This document shows positions 58,680 to 64,000 of a stretch of 64,000 nt of DNA, in pieces (position 1 is the first letter of the stretch; each line of letters opens with the position of its first letter). Location of the stretch: contig JAKAVV010000007.1 in NCBI GenBank assembly GCA_021817145.1, positions 66,957 to 130,956 of the forward strand. The letters are read 5' to 3'. The notes below the pieces were generated by a model. The model searched no databases. It was given only the letters and a program-made list of their open reading frames with translations, and had not been told where the DNA came from. The DNA is from a bacterium (lineage in GTDB: Bacteria; Vulcanimicrobiota; JABDET01). The translations under genes were made by a program, and so were the position numbers.

Positions 58680-60368
58680 ATGACCGAAATCATAACAGGG
58701 GAAGCGCAGAAAGGTACCGATAAAACAACCCCCTCGCAGCAGCGAAAGGATCCCCTCGGGTTCGTGAATTTTGACGGGTCTTCTGGAGACAACAGCCTCG
58801 TCGATGTGCGGGTACCCCAGGATAGAATCGAAAGAATAAGGCGGGGGCAGTACGTGTTATTGATTGAGTCCAAAGGGGGAGATTCCTACCTGGGGCGCGT
58901 AACCAAAGGCCCCTTCTATAACCCGGACGCGGTCGGGCGTGACTCGGGCTTTGCGAAAGCCTCAATCCTCATGGGAGACAAAGTAAAATTCCTGCCGGAC
59001 TACCACGCAGTTTGCATGGTGGAAATCCTGGGAAGCGTATATCTGGACACCCTGTCGCTGAGCGGCCATACAACACGTCCCCTTCCAAAGACATTCGTCT
59101 GGGAACTCGATGAAAATAAGATTGAGGAATTACTGAATCTCAGGGGAAACATGTACCTGGGACACCTCGCGGGCTACGAGGGTGTCCGAGTTCACTTCCA
59201 GGCAGGCGACAAAAGGGTATTGCCTCGAAACGTCGGCATTTTCGGGACAGTGGGTTCCGGAAAAACCAACACCTCTCAGGTCCTGATCGAAGAGGCCTCT
59301 GCAGCAGGGTATGCTGTCGCCGTCCTTGACGTGGAAGGCGAGTACGTTTCCATGGACAGATCGAGCGAAGAGTTATCCGTCAGTCCCAGGTTGCGGGAAG
59401 CCGCCAGTCGCTTTGGAATTTCCCCTCGCGGAATCGACAGCCTGCGCGTTTACCGGGTGACGGGAACCGAGTCAAAGAGAAAGGATGCCATCGAGTTCTG
59501 CATAAAATTCGGAGACATTTCCCCGTACACACTGTGCGAGATAATGGGGCTCAACGAAGCTCAGGAACATAGATTTCTTGAACTCTACGACACTGCAGTG
59601 GAATCAGTGAGATCCGGCAAACAGCAACCCGGCGCGAAATCAAAGTGGGACAGACTCAAGGGTGGAGAAGCGGTGGTAGGGTTGGATCGCATCCCGGAAC
59701 TTACGTTGCAACTTCTCATTGATAAACTGCGAACAGACTTTCTCACGGGATCAAAGGGAGCCGACCGGTCCTCCTGGCTTAAGGTGAACCAGTTGCTCCA
59801 TAAACTGAAGCGATACCAGATTTTTGATACACACGAACAGGGATTGAACGTAAACGACCTTCTGACGCCAGGTCGGGTGAGCATATTTGATCTGAGCGAT
59901 TCCACCAACACGAGAATCAATAACATTGTCATCGCAGACATTCTCAGGCGCGTTTTTGATCACAAACTGAACAACGAAGATGCTCCTCCGACCCTGATCA
60001 TGATTGAGGAAGCGCATACTTTTGTAAGCCGCGAAAACGTATCGAAAATGGAATTTACAGTGGATCAGCTTCGGGAAATCAGCAGAAGAGGGCGCAAGCG
60101 ATGGCTGGGACTCTGCTTCATCTCCCAGCAGCCTGCTCATCTTCCTGACGAGCTGTACGAGCTCTGCAACACAAAAATCATTCACCAGACGACCGGCAAG
60201 AAAAACCTGGATGCCCTTCGCACTTCTGCAGGAAATGTGAACGAAGCGGTCTGGAGCGAAGTCCCGATCCTGGGCCAAGGTCGTAGCGTGATCATCAGCC
60301 CGCAGTTCACGCACCCCGTTCTCTGCGACATGAGGCCATGTCAGACGCACAGGGAATACACGGATTGA
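58680..60368 (+). CDS. HerA-family ATPase (island copy)
   Basis: AGGAGG RBS before ATG 58680, HAS-barrel-like N-terminus, Walker A GTVGSGKT, DVEGEY, Walker B IEEAH, RRGRKR...ISQQP. Confidence 0.88.
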   Translation: MTEIITGEAQKGTDKTTPSQQRKDPLGFVNFDGSSGDNSLVDVRVPQDRIERIRRGQYVLLIESKGGDSYLGRVTKGPFYNPDAVGRDSGFAKASILMGDKVKFLPDYHAVCMVEILGSVYLDTLSLSGHTTRPLPKTFVWELDENKIEELLNLRGNMYLGHLAGYEGVRVHFQAGDKRVLPRNVGIFGTVGSGKTNTSQVLIEEASAAGYAVAVLDVEGEYVSMDRSSEELSVSPRLREAASRFGISPRGIDSLRVYRVTGTESKRKDAIEFCIKFGDISPYTLCEIMGLNEAQEHRFLELYDTAVESVRSGKQQPGAKSKWDRLKGGEAVVGLDRIPELTLQLLIDKLRTDFLTGSKGADRSSWLKVNQLLHKLKRYQIFDTHEQGLNVNDLLTPGRVSIFDLSDSTNTRINNIVIADILRRVFDHKLNNEDAPPTLIMIEEAHTFVSRENVSKMEFTVDQLREISRRGRKRWLGLCFISQQPAHLPDELYELCNTKIIHQTTGKKNLDALRTSAGNVNEAVWSEVPILGQGRSVIISPQFTHPVLCDMRPCQTHREYTD

Positions 60369-60372
60369 CAGG

Positions 60373-62625
60373 ATGAAGCAGCAGACAGAAACGGGCTCTG
60401 GTCAGGCGAAATTCAGGCCAAAGGCGCGGCTGGTTTCGATCCTCGGTGAGCATCTCATCCGGGATGGAACGGTTGGAATACTCGAGCTGGTCAAAAATGG
60501 TTACGATGCCGACGCATGCACGGTGAACGTGGAGCTACACGATCTCCAAAATCCCGAAGCAACGCGAATCATTGTAAAGGATGACGGGGTAGGAATGACC
60601 CTCAATCAGTTTTTGCATGAATGGCTGGAACCGGCATCTGGTCATAAGGAGCTCCAGAAGAAAAGAGGGCAGAGAACACAAAAAGGGCGCCTGCCTCTTG
60701 GCGAAAAAGGGGTAGGCCGGTTTGCCGCACACAAGCTGGGAAAATCCCTACACCTGATCACAAGGGCGAAGAATTCGCCGGTGGAGGTGGTGGTTGAAAT
60801 CGACTGGGGAGACTTTGATGATCCGGAAAAATTCCTCGACGATGTTACGGTGAATTGGGTCGAACGAAAGCCCGATGAATTTCCAGGAGATAGCAGCGGC
60901 ACATCGCTGGATATGCGCGGGGCGCGGGAAGCCTGGAGCCAGAAAGACCTCAAGCGACTTCATCGCGCCCTGACGACCCTTATGAGTCCCTTTAAAGGCC
61001 CGAAGAATTTCACCGTTAACCTCAAGTGTCCAGAATATCCACAGTATGAAAGCCTCGTGCCAGCAGCAATTTTCGACCGGGCTCATTACGTTTTTACGGG
61101 AATTATTGACGAACGCGGCACCCTCGAATACGAATACGCTTGCAGGCTACCCCAGTTCAAACCTCGCAATGAAAAGGGTAAAGTGAACCTTCCTCAATCC
61201 ATTAAAGGATGGCTTCCCTCCGATCGCCAGAGCCAATGCGGACCATTTATCCTTCAGCTTTACTACTGGGACCGCAGGAAAGAATATCTGGATCCAGTCG
61301 GCCTCAACAAGAAGGATATCGATCGAATCAATGGTGTCACAATATTCAGAGATGGAATCCGAATTCTGCCATACGGGGATCCAGAGGATGACTGGCTTGG
61401 CCTGAACGCGAGGCGTGTTGACATCCCAACAGAGCGTATCAGCACAGACGGTGTTGTTGCCTCAGTGGAAATAAATCAGGCAGAGAACCCGGGTCTGCGT
61501 GATAAGACAAATCGGGAGGGCCTGATAGAAAACGCTGCCTTCGTGGACATGAAGGATCTCGTGTTTGAAGCCATCACTACCGTATTCGAAGAAGAATGGT
61601 TCAGAGACAGACCCAGGAAAGAGAGCAATCCTGCAAGCACAGTAGAGGCAGCCAGTGGAAAGCTTAAAGAAAACGTCAGGGAGCTGTCATTGCAGAAGAG
61701 CAAAATAACAGAAATCGCCGGTCAGGTTGAAAGCATCGTCAAAGGCGGCGGGAAGATTCCGAAGCCCGTTCACGAACTGCTGGAGACCGTAAATCCACTG
61801 ATCATAACCACATCCACACTCGCAGCAAGTGCAAACGAGTTGAAGACCGCCCATGAAGAGATAGCTCGGGAGTTTGATCTTGAAAGAGATGTACTCCTCG
61901 GGATGGCTGGTCTGGGCCTTGCAGCCGAACGCTTTACCCACGAGTTTGCAAGGCTCACGAGGGAAGCTTCGCAGAATCTGAAGAAACTCAAGACATCGCT
62001 GGGACAGGCAAGTCCGGAGGCCTCAAGATACCTTGAAGCCCTTGAAGCAGCGCTCGATGCCCTTCGAAATGACATCCTTTCTCTCGGTCCCCTGTTCTAC
62101 GTAAGGCGGCCGACGAGGGAGAAATCCCTTTCCGTCAAAAGAGTTATAGATAACGTGTTGCTCCTCAATGCACAGCAAATCAAAGAAGCAAGGATACAGG
62201 TAGAAGTGAAGGAGAAGTTTCCCATTACAGTCGTCATGCGCGAAGGGCAGTGCACGCAGGTATTTAACAACCTCGTTGACAACGCAGTTTTCTGGCTTTC
62301 GAGAAAATCTCAGCAAGACGACAGGAAACTCAAAATCGTGATTGATGGCGACAGCCGTTCCGTCCTGGTCACGGATAACGGTCCCGGTGTCCTTCCGAAA
62401 TATGTCGACCGGCTCTTCCAGCCATTTTTCTCGACTAAACCGGAAGCCAGGGCAGAAGGAAGAGGCCTCGGTCTTTATATATCACGGGAAACATTGAAGC
62501 TTGTTGGAGGGACAATTTCTCTGACAGGCAGTAGTTCAGATGAAGAAGCATTCCCAACAGGAGCAGCGTTCGAGGTGATTTTTCCTGAGACAGCAACCCG
62601 CGAGACGGAAGGTCGAGGAGCATGA
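60373..62625 (+). CDS. MORC/MutL-type GHKL ATPase fused to a histidine kinase
   Basis: N-terminal ELVKNGYDADA, DDGVGM, GEKGVGRFA, then FRDGIRI.PYG..DDWL.L and DKTNREG. C-terminal H-box FTHEF, N-box NLVDNA, DNGPG, FQPFFSTK, GRGLGLYI. No TM segments. Confidence 0.9.
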   Translation: MKQQTETGSGQAKFRPKARLVSILGEHLIRDGTVGILELVKNGYDADACTVNVELHDLQNPEATRIIVKDDGVGMTLNQFLHEWLEPASGHKELQKKRGQRTQKGRLPLGEKGVGRFAAHKLGKSLHLITRAKNSPVEVVVEIDWGDFDDPEKFLDDVTVNWVERKPDEFPGDSSGTSLDMRGAREAWSQKDLKRLHRALTTLMSPFKGPKNFTVNLKCPEYPQYESLVPAAIFDRAHYVFTGIIDERGTLEYEYACRLPQFKPRNEKGKVNLPQSIKGWLPSDRQSQCGPFILQLYYWDRRKEYLDPVGLNKKDIDRINGVTIFRDGIRILPYGDPEDDWLGLNARRVDIPTERISTDGVVASVEINQAENPGLRDKTNREGLIENAAFVDMKDLVFEAITTVFEEEWFRDRPRKESNPASTVEAASGKLKENVRELSLQKSKITEIAGQVESIVKGGGKIPKPVHELLETVNPLIITTSTLAASANELKTAHEEIAREFDLERDVLLGMAGLGLAAERFTHEFARLTREASQNLKKLKTSLGQASPEASRYLEALEAALDALRNDILSLGPLFYVRRPTREKSLSVKRVIDNVLLLNAQQIKEARIQVEVKEKFPITVVMREGQCTQVFNNLVDNAVFWLSRKSQQDDRKLKIVIDGDSRSVLVTDNGPGVLPKYVDRLFQPFFSTKPEARAEGRGLGLYISRETLKLVGGTISLTGSSSDEEAFPTGAAFEVIFPETATRETEGRGA

Positions 62626-63791
62626 AAGTCATCTTGCTGGATGATCACGCCGATACAATGGAGGAAGCTATCAGGTCCATTCGTGATTCGGGTGTGCAAT
62701 GTGAGCCCCTCAGGAACATCAGCGAACTCGAAAACTTACTGAACAAAGGTGAACCCTTTGATGGTGTAATCCTCGACTGGTTCCTGGACGACGAACCGGA
62801 CTCCAACCTTGCTAAAATTAGTCTGCAGAAGATAAGGGAGCATAGATTCGTCCCCGTCTTCGTTTACACCGAACACCGTACAGAATATGAAAGAGAAGCT
62901 GACTCGATTGATTTTCCTAGATCCTGCATAAGCTCCTTCAGCAAGAAAGCTTTGCCCGAGTCCAATCTTGGCGCGAAGATCAAGGAATGGCTTGACGGGT
63001 TTTTCGCAGGAAAAATTTCCAGAAGCTGGCGGAAAGCAAACCAGGGCGCAATCGAGAAGGTTCTCTATGAACTGGCCAGCATGGACGATGACGGAGTTGT
63101 AGGCTCCCTACAACGCATGATCCAGAGTGAAAATGGAGAAGCATACGACGTTGATCACGCCCTTGAGTTGCTGCACCGAATCAGCGTGCGAGTGCTGTCG
63201 AATGATGCGAAACTGCGGAGCATCCTTAAAAGTTGCTTAAAGTCCAAAACAAACAATAAAAAAGCGACTGAAATGAAAATTTGGCAATTCCACATGTATT
63301 ACCAGCCAGGCGGCGACATCGTCAGGGCTGGTGACATTGTTCAGAGCAAACGGGACAGTCATGAGGAAATGGAATATTTCGTAATCCTTACCCCGGCCTG
63401 CGATCTCGCCCAGTTTAAAACCACATACCTGCGTCTCGTGAGAATGATCCCACATAACTTCGCTGATGGAGAACCACCTCGACACCTTTATTTCCTCCCG
63501 TTCGTTCCGCTGGATGCCACGAAGATCGCTGATTTTGCAATTGACTTTCATCAGTCCTTTGCGGTTCGCAATGAGAGCATCGAACAGGAATGGCAAAAGC
63601 TACAGAAGGAGAAAGGTCAGAAAAAACTGCCAAAGATCAACATGGCTTACAGCCACAAGTATCAAGAGATGTCTGGAGAAGGAATCGTCTTGAAGTGCAT
63701 TGCCCGCCTGGATGATCCTTACAGATCCGATCTTTTCCAAAAATTCTCCTCCCACGCAAGCAGAATTGGAGTACCAGATGTGTCGAGCTAA
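62622..63791 (+). CDS. response regulator: receiver domain plus uncharacterised C-terminal domain
   Basis: LLDD, ILDW, VYT and SKK receiver residues. C-terminal GDIV...ILTPACDL...RL..PY...FSSHASRIG.P. ATGA overlap with the kinase gene. Confidence 0.8.
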   Translation: MKVILLDDHADTMEEAIRSIRDSGVQCEPLRNISELENLLNKGEPFDGVILDWFLDDEPDSNLAKISLQKIREHRFVPVFVYTEHRTEYEREADSIDFPRSCISSFSKKALPESNLGAKIKEWLDGFFAGKISRSWRKANQGAIEKVLYELASMDDDGVVGSLQRMIQSENGEAYDVDHALELLHRISVRVLSNDAKLRSILKSCLKSKTNNKKATEMKIWQFHMYYQPGGDIVRAGDIVQSKRDSHEEMEYFVILTPACDLAQFKTTYLRLVRMIPHNFADGEPPRHLYFLPFVPLDATKIADFAIDFHQSFAVRNESIEQEWQKLQKEKGQKKLPKINMAYSHKYQEMSGEGIVLKCIARLDDPYRSDLFQKFSSHASRIGVPDVSS

Positions 63792-63828
63792 CACGAATTC
63801 CAAATGAGGCTCACCATGAGGTGTGATC

Positions 63829-64000
63829 GTGAAATTTTCAAGCATTAAAATAAAACCTGACGTAAGTAACCTTCCTGACCTGCGGCATCCCTTCTGGATA
63901 GCATCCAGTCACCTGACGCAAACCGAAAGTGCCATCGATAGGTGGGCAGAGTATGAGCCAGCTGCTCTCACCCTCAAGACAAGCATGAAAACTCCAACTC
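63829..64000 (+). CDS. partial ORF, dihydroorotate/dihydropyrimidine dehydrogenase-like N-terminus
   Basis: GAGGTG RBS, GTG start, open to the window end. LRHPFWIASS...AALTLKT resembles the L.NP..LAS...GA...KT start of DHODH-type FMN barrels. Confidence 0.4.
   Translation, partial: MKFSSIKIKPDVSNLPDLRHPFWIASSHLTQTESAIDRWAEYEPAALTLKTSMKTPT

Larger units (their letters stand above)
55640..64000. mobile_element. GC-richer genomic island (right boundary outside the window)
   Basis: Abrupt shift from poly-A/T-rich backbone to roughly 50% GC by eye, with many C/G-ending codons and defence-type gene content. No integrase in the window. Confidence 0.7.

Noticed and set aside
1..64000. tRNA, rRNA, riboswitch or integrase genes; numerous short antisense ORFs in the track
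   Set aside because: I recognised no cloverleaf, rRNA or recombinase signature by eye (tRNAscan-SE and Infernal would be decisive). The antisense ORFs lie within well-supported genes.

Overview
This is a bacterial chromosomal window with an AT-rich backbone (about 39% GC by eye). The backbone carries housekeeping genes: gyrA, ispG, rpe, dapB, lysA, glcD, glpX, tsaE-tsaB-rimI-tsaD, dps, and a nikR/TonB-receptor operon. A TonB-dependent receptor, a DUF3084-yqgF pair and an S55 peptidase fusion suggest a diderm Terrabacteria lineage such as Vulcanimicrobiota/Eremiobacterota or Armatimonadota; this is inference only. Two accessory regions stand out. (1) At about 15.4-19.6 kb is a decaying defence islet. 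It holds an HTH-fused DNA methyltransferase plus a duplicated fragment of it, one intact hicAB, a hicB with an internally deleted hicA, an IS256 remnant and a PD-(D/E)xK-like nuclease. A 69-bp direct repeat there duplicates the 3' end of a SWIM-SNF2 helicase gene. (2) From about 55.65 kb to the window end is a visibly GC-richer island. It encodes a C5-cytosine methyltransferase, a Mig-type T:G mismatch glycosylase, a divergent NurA-like nuclease, a HerA ATPase, a MORC/MutL-type GHKL ATPase fused to a complete histidine kinase, a response regulator with an unusual C-terminal domain, and a truncated DHODH-like ORF. This island is the best candidate for an undescribed signalling-controlled defence system. 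Other notable items are a 16-Cys metallothionein-like peptide, a Geobacter-type NikR direct-repeat operator over a perfect sigma70 promoter, and two copies of a module made of 11-bp-phased boxes, a glycine-zipper/low-complexity protein and a zinc-ribbon helical protein. I saw no tRNA, rRNA or CRISPR array. All identities and GC values were judged by eye.
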